This document shows positions 1-10,861 of a stretch of 33,028 nucleotides of DNA, piece after piece. A program made the translations under genes and the position numbers. The notes beneath the pieces were generated by a model. That model ran no database searches and was not told the DNA's origin. It was given only the letters and a program-made list of their open reading frames with translations. Positions within the stretch are counted from its first letter, which is position 1; each line of letters opens with the position of its first letter. The stretch comes from Phoronis australis (lineage: Eukaryota > Animalia > Phoronida), in assembly GCA_002633005.1 (NCBI GenBank), contig NMRA01000007.1:2095461-2128488 (forward strand), read 5' to 3'.

Positions 1-567
1 TTTTTAAAAATCTCTTTTAACTAAGTTGGAGTTTTGCGTTTTCTCATTGGGTTCATTTTTGGACTCTTGCGAACGTTAGTTAGTTTGCGTTTGCGAGAAG
101 ACAACACGTGTTCTCTCGCGAACGTGACCCCGTTCGCGAGAACAACGCCGGTCCTCTCGCGAACGTGAGTTCATTGGCGGACATCTTGGATCGAGGAAAA
201 ACGCTCGGGAGGCGAACATAATTTGTCGCGTATCTTCTCAAATGTTGTAGATTTCACGAAAAAGTGTGAGTAGAGTGGCGCGCGTGATCCATGAGAGTGG
301 GTAATTGTATATTGCGACACTTCATTTTATTTTTTAAGTATTCCTGACAGAATTTGAAATGGGACCAAGTTATCCGACTATTACCTAATATTCCCCAACC
401 AATCGAGGTGATGATTATTTTCGTAAAGAGGCTAGAATTTTCTACAAAACCAACACATTTTCATCATTTTAATTGCTAGAGTAAACATAGTTGAGTCTTT
501 TCGTTGCACTCAGTTACTGAATTATTGACTCGAATTTGACACAACTCGCCTGTTATTCAGTAGATGA

Positions 568-597
568 AATCAGGGACCGCTATATCAGACCAGTGAC
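568..597. mobile_element. Solo terminus of the same MULE-like MITE family
   Basis: AATCAGGGACCGCTATATCAGACCAGTG is nearly identical to 1383-1410; a weaker relative lies at 361-380. Confidence 0.65.
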
Positions 598-819
598 TGC
601 CTGCAACGCCTTGTTTAGTAAAGTTAGTTGAAGATTTTCAGATGTGGAGAACACTGGAACCTGGGCTGTAGGCAAACAACAGCAGAATATACAATAAAAT
701 TACCTTTCGGAATTTTTCAGAGAGCTTCTCGAATTCGTCATGCAGATTACTGCACCGTTCATCATGATTTAGGAAACAATTTCCAGAGCACGCAGTGCAC
801 GCCATTCATAAAAAGCGCT

Positions 820-885
820 CTCGCCGATTGGAGGAAATTATTTAATGCGCATGCGCGTAATAACAGTCCACTTCACTTCCTGCAC
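820..885 (+). promoter_or_regulatory. Putative DRAP1 housekeeping-type promoter: reverse CCAAT (827-831), NRF1-like TGCGCATGCGC (846-856), ETS-like CACTTCCTG (874-882)
   Basis: Three canonical motifs clustered 60-120 nt upstream of the ATG. Confidence 0.55.
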
Positions 886-942
886 AACCCAAACGTCGGC
901 TGTGCTAAACTTATTTGCCTTTCTGCTTCGAACTGTCACAAA

Positions 943-984
943 ATGCCCAGCAAAAAGAAGAAGTTCAACGCAAGATTCCCTCCA
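943..984 (+). CDS. DRAP1: DRAP1 coding exon 1 ([14 protein letters not shown])
   Basis: ATG at 943, donor GTAAGT at 985, phase 0. Confidence 0.95.
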
Positions 985-3900
985 GTAAGTTTTTAGTCAA
1001 GCTAAGATTTGTGGAATGTTCATATGTGTATGTTTTTCCCGAATTCCCATACTTCCTGGCCAGTACCAATGTCCTGCTGCAAACTGTAGTTTTGAGTTGA
1101 GTAAAAGTGGAGTAAACGGATCCCATGGAGTTCTACCTGTAATTGTGTTATGTCACAAGTGGAAAATGGGGTGAATATTGATAGCGATTTATATGAAATT
1201 CATGCCCAATTCTGTGCACGTATTTTGAATGACGTTAATTTCAGGCGGGTCCAGGGCTTTGAAAGAACTGATAGTTAAATACTTGAGACCGGCACTGGTC
1301 GGATATAGTGGTCTCGGATTTAGGGAACCACTTTCGTCCACTAAGTAACAGGCCCATTATTCAGTGATTGCCTTGTTCACTTAATCAGGGACCGCGATAT
1401 CCGACCAGTGCCCTTGAGACCTATCTCTTCAAGTTGGGTAGTCACGGTGTGTCTTTACGCGCCGAGCATTATTTCAACGAATAACCAGCTAATAATTCTA
1501 TACAAACCCAGAAATCACTTCTCGTCTAAGTAAGGAACAAGTTGAGGCCAAGTTCATTGTAGCAAGTGATCCGAATCAAAACTTCACTTCTTGGATGGAA
1601 TGTGGAACTGCAGCCACTTTAAAGTAGAACTTGCACGCTAAATCTTTATCTCTGCGATTGCTCAGTCAAACCAGTTAGAAACGCAACATATACTGAAGAT
1701 GTGAATATGAAGTAGGTTGAAAATTTGCCAAAAGTTTTTAAGAAAAAGTTTTGTATCGAAAGTGATCAACTGTAAATCACTGAACCATATCTACTATAGT
1801 AAGTATCATGACATTGTGTTAGGGAATAACACTGCATAATACAGGCTATGTGAGCTGCAACATACGTCATTATAGTGCAAAGGTCACCTATTTACAGAAT
1901 TTTTGTTTTCACATTTACAAGTTGTCAAAGAATATTGCACTTTGTTTAGTGTAGATGGTGTTCAAATAGCATTGTTGTTTAGTTCCTGATATACATTAGC
2001 ATAGTTAGGAGCATGCAAATGCATCTTTAAGCTCTTATTTTGCTACTTTCAGGCACGGATTAAGAAGATCATGCAGACGGACGATGATGTTGGTAAAGTA
2101 GCAGCAGCTGTTCCAGTTATCATCTGTATCCTTTTCTCTTGTCGTACATGTTGATTTCGCAATCAAATTATCAATTCTGAGCAAGGTTGCGTGCCAGCTT
2201 GAAGCTAGCCATTCAAAAAGATTTTTAGAGATTTGGTGATGTTGAATCTTCAACTGAGCATTTCACTACACTGTATCTCTCCTTAGCTGTGGAATATGAA
2301 TGAAATATTACAAACCAAATTTTTGTTTCAACTGACGCTGGTAGATGAAAATATTTTTTCCTTGGTCTCTCCGTTATGGCTACAAATGTTTGTTTCACAA
2401 TTTGTTTGTTCGTGCCACGCCAGTTTCTTTCAAATTACTGACTGTGTGGTTCCCAATAAACTCTGTAGATTTTCTGCCAGAAATAGCGATGATGATGTCA
2501 CGCTGAAAATCTGGCTAAAGGAAAAATTCCTAAAAGATAGGCTCGCATTGCTCATTGAAAGTGTGCACCCTTGATCAACACCTTACAATCCAACATGACT
2601 GATAGCATGTCACTAAGCGTAAAACAGTTTGATTTGTTTTCAAGTAATTTAAAAGTAAGTAAACAAATAGTTGTTACAGACAAAAATATTATTTGTTTTG
2701 GTCTGTGCTCGCATCATTTTTGAAGCTGCGAATTACTACACACAAAAAACATCCTTGCTTCATTTTTGCTAAAAGTTCTGACTACTTATCTTTCAAAAAG
2801 GGCTTAAAGATGCATCGCTGTTAGTTTTAAATGTTGTGGTTTGTCAACTCAGCTGTAATCATTGCCTTAAATAACAATGAATAAGTAGCGTAAGAGTGTT
2901 ATCCCGCGTGATGTCATGAATTCTCATGAAGTTAATTAAGTGCAAGCTTCATCATTTCCTATCACGTTCAATTATCCCAACAAAACAATTTATGTTACAT
3001 AACAATTCCGGGACATGTTGTGTTGTTGTTTACTATGTCACTGACCAGTGCCCACTCATAGTGAAACCCTATATGCCAAACAGCTGTCCAGACTCCATTC
3101 ATGTTTATGAGTTGGATGAAATCACCGGAACTCTCAATATTGTTGTTGTTTTGCACTCACAACCCACACATATTTCTATTCACTATATATATTGTAACTA
3201 GAGTTAATAAACATTGTGTGTCAGTAGAAACTCAACCACTGTGTTAGTTTTTATGCTGCTCTTTATCAACTTGCTGTTGCTACCTTGTTAGCCAACTATC
3301 TACCGTTCAACCAAGAACCGGGTAACACAACTATACTACCACGACCATCCCCACCTTAGTGGAATTGGTGTCTCCACATTGCTGATTTCTCCATATTGCA
3401 TGGAAAAGGAGAGCTGCCCTCCCCATCAGCGTCACTGCTGGCAATACAGTCACCTACACCACCACATCAGTTGTCAGTTTTTAGTAAATCTATATTTCTG
3501 ATTCATATGCAGTAACTTTGATGAAGACAACTGGTTTACTAAGACAGACAGCAAACGCCGTTTCAAATGGGATTCCAACACGCTTTAACAACTTAAATGT
3601 CATCGGTACAATCGTTAAGCTCTCATTCAGAATTGAAAGGAAGGCGATAATTGGTTTAGTGTTGATCGTGGGTACACTTTTGCTATACATCCATGTTTAT
3701 GCAAATTATCAATGACATAATGTTTGAGAATTGCTTCATGACCCGCTGCCTAAAATGAATATATCATCAAGATCAAGAAAGTAAATGCAATGACTTTTGC
3801 TGAAAATGGGCTACTTTAGCTAAAATGTTGACCATATACATAGAGAAATAGATATGAAATTGAAAGGAAAGCTTATGTCTCGTTTTTTTTTGTTTGATTT

Positions 3901-6900
3901 TGCATTGCTGCTCACTTCTCAGGTGAGTGATTGGTCAATTCATTCGCACTTGCTGTCTGCTTTCTTAACTCTTGCAAGCCCGTGCATTGGAACTTTTCAT
4001 GGAATCTCTCATCTTAAAGACAAGTGAAGTCACGCAGTCGAAAAATGCCAAGACCCTCACCACTGCTCACATGTGAGTATTGTTGCAGTATACTTGGCTC
4101 AAATTGCACATCTTGTTTTCGAGTCTCAGATTCCTGTTCTGCTAGCTAAAGCTGCATTTCGCTCAGTAGAGTTGGCTAAAAAAAACAAAAAATCAACAAA
4201 AACTGGTTTTATTTTGTGAAATTTCTCAACAAAATCAGTTACCGTAAACTTGTGGGTTGATGCCCTGGGCGCTTAAATTGGGAAACCCTGAGACAGGGAG
4301 TGGGCGATTACCCAAGCAGTGGGCACTTAAACCGAAAATTGACAAAAAGTCGGGTATGGGCGATTACCTGCGAGTTTTCGGTAGAAAGGTGTCCAATATT
4401 TTATACTGTACCTGCAGCTGTCATATGCTTTTGATTATGTAATTATGGTACTGGCAACGTAGTCAGCCTTTGAAAAAATTGTTTGGTCCTGTAAATTTGT
4501 TCAGAAAATTGAGAAATTACCATACTGTCTCATTTCACAAATTATTTCAGAAAAGAGACGGTTTTGTCTGAGAAAAATTTTGATTTTCTCAAAGACCTCG
4601 TTGAATCTGTCCCTGATATTCAGACTGAGGAAGATCTGCCTAGCAGTTTACCTGCCTCTGACCAAGGCCCCTCAAGGCAGAAAGCACCCAGGTATGTATA
4701 GAATATATTCACATGTTCTAAGACTCTCGTGTGATTCTTAACTTCTGAGTGGTGAGATATTCTTTACCTGTTCCCAAAGCTATGGTCTGTGACAAACTTA
4801 ACTACTTAACTACTTTATGTGATTGTTTTCCATTTTGTTTTTTTTTTTTGTTTCACTGAAATGGAATTAATTCAATTAAAATTCCTGTAGTGAGTGAGGA
4901 GTATTTTGAAGTTTTAAACACTTCAAAATGCATTTAGTCACTTATTACGTTTTTGACACTGCACGGACTCAAATATGATATATTTTTTGACTACTCGTAA
5001 GAATGGTAGCTTCAGTTTTGTTAAATACAACTGCTTATGGAGTAGTATCTTGGGTTTAAATTTAAACCTCATCATAGAGCTTTTTGAGAGTGTTGTCTGT
5101 CAACGAGCACTCACGACGCCCCCCTCTCCCTATCACCATACTCATTTTCAGAACTTTGTTTCAGGCAAAAACGTAAAGAGGGCGGGCGTGGCCCTGGCAG
5201 GCCACGTAAGGAACGGAAACCATCGCAAGAGTCATTTGCTGATGTGAGTAAATGTTACGTGATTGACAGATTTAACTTTGGGACTCCTCCTCTAGCATCC
5301 TTCAGTTAAGTTTAGCTCAAGGCACATATTAAGTTAGAAGGATTATAAAAAGGTGGCAAAACCTCCTCAGAAAATTTTTTGTTGGTTCATTATTTGATTT
5401 TGTGAGAGTTTCATTCTTGTTCAGTTAGTTGTCTCTTGGTACAATGCCCTCATTTTCCATTTCTTAAAGAGGTCACAATATGTGTAACATTAAGAATGTA
5501 CGATGTCTTGAAACGTGCAAATGATTAGTCTTTAAGGTGTTACTGAATGAAATTCTTCTAAAATAGTATCAGAAGTCAATTATCCCAATGATTTGACGTT
5601 GTAATGAGATAAGTCACTAGTGTCTAACCCTGTCCCTACTTGTTTATGTATAGAATGAAGTAAAATATCTTGAAAACATTTAATCATGTGTTACTGAACC
5701 ATGTGTAAACAATCTGGCTGTCATTTTCATATGACAAATTGTATACGACAAGTGACAATTGGTGACTTGCTAATAAGATATGGTTTTGGATCGATGCTGT
5801 TTTGGGGTGAGACCTTGGTGACTGGAAGAATATCTTGCATTCCATGCAGAACTCTTTAGCGTTTTAGAGCACAAAAACATTTTGGTTTGACCCAGCTCCT
5901 AAAATTCTGCTGCGCCGGATGGACTGAGTTGATTGGGACGAAATGCAATTTCTTTCATTCACCGACATTTTTTGAGATGGTGAAATTTTTGTGGGAAATG
6001 TTTGAATATCCCACGACACAATGGTGCAAATTTGATGGTACGGTGGTCATAAAGAATTTGTAAGTGTTAGGAAATATCCTCTCTGCATTGAATCAAGAAT
6101 TAGAATTTAGAACACTGTCCATAAAGTCCGTTATCGCCGAGGTGCATTTTCAGCTTGTCACCACAATACCAGATAATGACTATTCGTGGTTTACCTAGTC
6201 AATACTTAGTATTGTTGACATGTCATGTGTTCCAGTCACATCATTTCACTCAGTCACGTTTTATTTAAACAATACACAGCGATTGGCCAGCGATCTAATG
6301 AGATGAAAGATTTGTCGTGGCAAAATTGTATGTCTTCAGATCCCAAAACGAACGAGCATTGTGCTCGATTGGATCTACTAAGATGTTTGAAATGTAGTTT
6401 TATCAGGCGAGTAACACCGCTTAGAAATTAGTGTCATATTTTCTGTGTCAACTTTTCGCTTTTGCAGGATAATTCAGAACCTCACACTGACACAGCAGAT
6501 GAAGGCACAGATGCTGATGGTGAAGATGAAGATGATGATGATGATGATAAACCTTCAGAAATGTCCTTGATGGCTAGTGCACCATCCACCTCTACATCTG
6601 CCGTGCCCGTCGCTGCAACTAACAGTCGCCTTAGCGCACCGTCTGAAGTTAGACCCTCCACCTCTGACTTGAGCCCCAATTCAACACCTCTCGATCTGTC
6701 AAAGCCTGTTAATTTGCCAAGTGCCACCGATAGTAAACCGTTTCAATTCCCTACATTTGAATGTAAGAGTAATATGTTACAACCTAAAGCCACCACAACG
6801 TGTGGTCCTGAAACGAGCAATTCAAAAAGTTTAGAGCCTCAGACACTGATGGAGACTACAATTCAAAAAGCAGGTCCTAAGGTCCTGTCTAGCTCAAAAT

Positions 6901-8609
6901 CACATGGTACTAAAATGGTTTCAAATGCATCGAATCATAAAAATAACAACAATTCTTCTAACCACTCCTTCTGTCCAGATAACGTGACGTCAAAGTCCCA
7001 TCCTGTATCCAGTCCTGCTTCAGTGCCATCTAGTGTACCTCACCCATACCCATTGCCAAACCTTCCTCCCCACTACCCAGTCACCTCGCACACGGCCATG
7101 ATTCCCCCGTTTCTTCACCCGTCTCAGCCCAACCGATTTGGCTCTCCCAGGGTCCCCACACCGTTTGACCATGCCTCCCCATTTTACCCTGGCGTGCCCA
7201 ATGTGATGGGTGGTGGCTACCCTCGGTCATCCCTGCCAGCCGGAACGTCACCTCTGGCCAGGACAGGTGAACCATCTTCAATACATCCCCAAATGATGCA
7301 AGGTCTCTTGCAAGGAAGTCCATATTATGGGATGTATCCACCTATGGACCCTCGGATGATCAACTCACGGATGATGTATCCGCCAACTGCTCAGATTTTC
7401 GCTGACCCTCGTCAGCACCCAGGAATGTAAGTTTATTCGAATAGAACTACATGGCGTCAGGTATAGTAGTTTTCACAAAGATCTTGTCAAAATTGTGTTG
7501 CAACAAAATGCGAGTCTTGAGCCATCCAAGGACTTCATAATATATTGAAAGTAAGATTGTCAGCCGGACTAGGTATTTACCTATATTCCTAGTACCTTGG
7601 AGAGTTCTCGTCTCCTTCGATGGAGTGATGTAAAATCCTAGTGGCAGGAAATCTGGTCACGTGGGAACTTGTTTGTCCTATGATGCTGTCTTCAGTGTGG
7701 AACGAGAGTACAGATTGCATCACAAGACAAACAAATTCCAACGTGACCAGAGTTTCTGCCACTAATATTTTACATCAACCCATCGAAGGAGACGAGAGGT
7801 CTAGGAATATATGTAAATATTCAGTCCAGTAGACAGATCTTATTCTTAAAGCTATCTTGTATTGATAAAATTGTGGCGAAAAGCGAGAAATTCTGTCAAA
7901 AATGAGTTTGACTGTTGTCTTTATTGAAGACACTACGGAGACTGCAGAAAATGACATATATTGCAAAACTGTCATCAACCAGCATAGAATGAAGTCGAGC
8001 ATTTTTAACAATAGTTAGCTTTTGAAAGTTGGAAAAATGACAATTTTGGCAATTCCATAACAAATTTAGCGTTAAGATTAAGTTTGAACTAACTACAATG
8101 TTCTCACCAGAATTGAAGTTGAATATGGTGGGATTGATGGAATGCCGTCAATCACAATGTTCAGCTACGTTCCGAAATGGAAACCACTGTGTTTTTCGTT
8201 AAATTTTTGTGAATAATTAGATCATAGTCATGTACTTATTTCGATAGAAATGGCAAAACTAACTGCAATGGGCACAGGACTCAAGAACGTGACAGTAGTG
8301 GCTCAAGATTTTAAAGGTTGATAATATTTAAAGATGTGTATAGTCGTGATTAATATGACAATGGAAAATTAAGCACGGTGGTTCAAAATTTGAGTGTGGG
8401 GGTCAAAAGCATGGTGAGATCACTGAATTGGCCAATGAGCAATGAGCTCTCATGTGACCTTTACATGTTTCAGGGTTCCTTTACCTGCTGGTATGACCAT
8501 ACCGCCTATGGTTTCCCCGAAGGCATATCCACCACCATGCCAAAGTACCTCAATGACATCAAGGCTTAATAGTTCTAACAAGGAGGAGCATGATAATTAT
8601 GACTCATGA
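943..8609 (+). CDS. DRAP1: Dr1-associated corepressor / NC2 alpha (histone-fold), join(943..984,2053..2125,3979..4072,4551..4691,5165..5243,6468..7426,8474..8609), 507 aa
   Basis: Spliced translation [92 protein letters not shown] is the recognisable DRAP1 histone fold. The C-terminus ...EEHDNYDS* resembles vertebrate ...EEDYDS*. All introns are GT-AG and phases are consistent (1524 nt total). Confidence 0.95.
1291..1412. mobile_element. Mutator(MULE)-like MITE, 122 bp
   Basis: 30-bp TIRs GGCACTGGTCGGATAT... (first 16 perfect, 26/30 overall); perfect 9-bp TSD CTTGAGACC at 1282-1290 and 1413-1421. Confidence 0.85.
2053..2125 (+). CDS. DRAP1: DRAP1 exon 2 ([24 protein letters not shown])
   Basis: Acceptor tttcag at 2052; U12-type donor GTATCCTTT at 2126. 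Confidence 0.95.
2126..3978 (+). other. U12-type (minor spliceosome) GT-AG intron of DRAP1
   Basis: 5' site GTATCCTTT; branch sequence TTTCTTAACT at 3961-3970, ~10 nt before AAG acceptor (3976-3978), with no long polypyrimidine tract in between. Confidence 0.9.
3979..4072 (+). CDS. DRAP1: DRAP1 exon 3 ([31 protein letters not shown])
   Basis: Conserved histone-fold helix; donor GTGAGT at 4073. Confidence 0.95.
4242..4381. mobile_element. Tc1/mariner-superfamily (Tc2/pogo-like) MITE
   Basis: TA|CCGTAAACT...AGTTTTCGG|TA; imperfect 24-bp TIR (16/24), TA TSD, four internal GGGCRMTTA repeats. Confidence 0.7.
4551..4691 (+). CDS. DRAP1: DRAP1 exon 4 ([25 protein letters not shown]...)
   Basis: FDFLKDLV motif; tttcag acceptor, GTATGT donor. 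Confidence 0.93.
5165..5243 (+). CDS. DRAP1: DRAP1 exon 5 ([27 protein letters not shown]), basic/AT-hook-like
   Basis: tttcag acceptor at 5164 keeps frame (the AG at 5151 gives a stop); GTGAGT donor at 5244; links phase 2 to phase 0. Confidence 0.8.
6468..7426 (+). CDS. DRAP1: DRAP1 exon 6, large acidic plus S/T/P-rich low-complexity exon
   Basis: Lies within the 322-aa ORF; ttttgcag acceptor at 6467, AT|GTAAGT donor at 7427; acidic tract resembles that following the basic region of DRAP1. Confidence 0.85.
8474..8609 (+). CDS. DRAP1: DRAP1 last coding exon ([12 protein letters not shown]...[10 protein letters not shown])
   Basis: tttcag acceptor at 8473, phase 2 compatible, ends in conserved-looking YDS then TGA 8607-8609. 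Confidence 0.85.
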
Positions 8610-8917
8610 TAAAAGCTTGTTCTAGTAATGAACTTCTTAGTTTGGCAGATTTTAAATTTGGCTGTGACTGTGATGAATGACAGATGTGGTTCAGGTTGAA
8701 TGGCAGTTTTGTGATGTTGTGGTGACGCATTGAAATCAGTCGTCTCTGCTTGTAGTGTTTTGGTGTACAGCCAATTTTGTCTAGATGGACACGTTTAGGG
8801 CCGTATACAATTCACGTAACATGGAGGCAGATGAAAGGAGTTATTTTACCACATTTCAAGAAATTTTCTGTGGCTATCATGTTGTCAGATTATTAACTGG
8901 TTTATTCATCATGGCAT

Positions 8918-8944
8918 CATAGACTATAGTACATATAATCTATG
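8918..8944. mobile_element. 27-bp fused-TIR remnant (probable excision footprint) of the same P-like family
   Basis: CATAGACTATAGTACATATAATCTATG equals both termini of the 14613-14905 element joined; 7-bp TSD ATGGCAT/ATGACAT. Confidence 0.65.
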
Positions 8945-10109
8945 ATGACATGGGGTGTTCATACGACCCATTTGAAGCTGCTATCAACCATGTTCTGGTG
9001 GTAAGGTACTGAATGGACCCGGGGTGCATTCCAAAAGCAAGATCATGCAAAATCACATGTGTGAAAGGCGAGTGTTTTGCGAATATGGACGAGACCTGAA
9101 TATCGAGCCCTAGGAAAATGTCAACCACCAAAGTAAATGCTTAGTGAAGTTCGGGTGTTGCATTATGGGATAAAAATCAGCCGTGTTCCGCAAGCAGATT
9201 TATAGTCGTAATAGATTCGGAAGTGTCTTCAGTGTGATGTGAACCAGAATCCAGAAAATAGGAACAAGACGGATTTTATAACAGTATGTGACCTAATTCC
9301 AAAGTTTGTTTTCTGGCGTAAGTCGTGGGTTTATTTATAAATATTTTTAGTGAAAGAGATAATAGTTAAGTGTGTATACCTTTTACACAGCAGCATTCAT
9401 TGTGTTTGGTGTTTCCTATTGTATTCAAATTCAGGTAAACTCCCCAAGTCAGACCCTGTCTTACCAAGAGGCAAAATTTGACTTGTGTGAATGAGCTAAA
9501 CAACCGCTTTACCTACCACCTTTTTAAAACTTCATTTCGGCAGTATTTGACAGCCGAAACTAAAAACTAAAAATGAATTAAGCCCCTTACAATCATAAAA
9601 TCAGTTTCATATTCCTAATGGAAATAGGACATCGTTAGTTTCAACATCAGCGAAAGAAAACTGAAGTTTATTGGAGTTCGCCAACTCTAAAATTACCAGT
9701 TCCAAAATGGCTCATGTACGCACTGTCTGTGACGTATAATGTAAGACCGTATTAGCGTGGTAGTGTATTTTAACTCCAGAGTTTCAGTTAAGAATTCTAC
9801 ATCGACCGGTAAACAGCTGCAAAAACCTCCTTACACCGTTACTCAAATTTTGTTACGTGTCAATTAGATGTCTGCACTATCCTCTGTGGTGGGTATGATG
9901 TATTGCTTGTTAAACCAAGCAGTGGAGTCCACAGTTTTATGAATGGTGCAAAGATTAGTGCCCAGGAAATAGATATTTGATATTGTTGTGACAGAATCAT
10001 CATGGTTTTGAAATTGTATTTCAGAGATGCAGGAATTGTATTTTATTGACTTAGTACAAGTTGCGCTTGTTTAGCATTTCACTAGTATGAAATGTACTTT
10101 CTACATCTC

Positions 10110-10115
10110 AATAAA
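10110..10115 (+). terminator. Candidate DRAP1 polyadenylation signal AATAAA (another at 11138-11143)
   Basis: Canonical hexamer downstream of the stop codon, followed by T-rich sequence. Confidence 0.4.
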
Positions 10116-10485
10116 ACAGAAAACTGTTCGTTTATAATTTAAAGCAACGTTTATCAGTTAAAAAAGAGATGAATTATGGACAGTTACTGACCAGGAGGTA
10201 TAAAAATAGCCACATATAAAGCTTTGAATTATAGCATTATAGAGAAAAGAGCAATCACTTCTCGTCTAAACGCAACGGAAGTAAAAGGATAGCCACACAT
10301 TCAGTCTTGGGAGAAGTGGCATAAGACTTCAGTGGGCAACCAACTTAAAAAATTGTCAATTAGCTTTATTGATTTTCATTTGCCATCTCTTGAAATCCCT
10401 TATGGTGCCTAAGCTTTCGCTGGCTTTCGAGTCACTACTTTAAAAAATAGTATCGGTTAACAATGCGAGAGTCCAATGGATTTAA

Positions 10486-10861
10486 GGTTATGTAGAACCC
10501 TAGAAAAATACCAAATCTGGCTATTTTCTAATCACCATATCTCAGAAATGACCAATTGGATTTACAGGAACCTTTCAGGTACTATGCTTTATGTATTGTT
10601 CTGTAAAACTGTTCCAATTTTGCACAAGGGGTCATAAAAAACATGACTAGTGATTTTCATGAAAAAAATTAAGGTAGAAATGGTAATTCAGATTTCATAT
10701 ATTGAACATTTATGTCAAATGAAATTTGTTCATATATTGCTATCAAAATTTTGTAAAATGACACAAGACCCAGTTAATGGCAGATTGGTAAAAAATAAAA
10801 GTATCAGAAAATATATATGGCTAAGAAATACCCAGACATGTTGGTAAGGTCCTACATAACT
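10486..10861 (+). mobile_element. Kolobok-like MITE (copy 1)
   Basis: TTAA|GGTTATGTAGAACC ... GGTCCTACATAACT|TTCA; TIR plus degenerate TTAA TSD; homologous to 28244-28898. Confidence 0.7.

Noticed and set aside
628-942. Upstream extension of the 122-aa ORF containing DRAP1 exon 1
   Set aside because: Begins at TTG and runs through promoter motifs; homology starts at ATG 943
1513-1529. 17-bp exact match to 10253-10269 (AATCACTTCTCGTCTAA)
   Set aside because: Homology does not clearly extend; may be an old repeat fragment or chance
6482-7341. Antisense ORFs over DRAP1 exon 6 (and similar plus-strand ORFs over CEBPZ exons)
   Set aside because: Shadow frames of real coding exons
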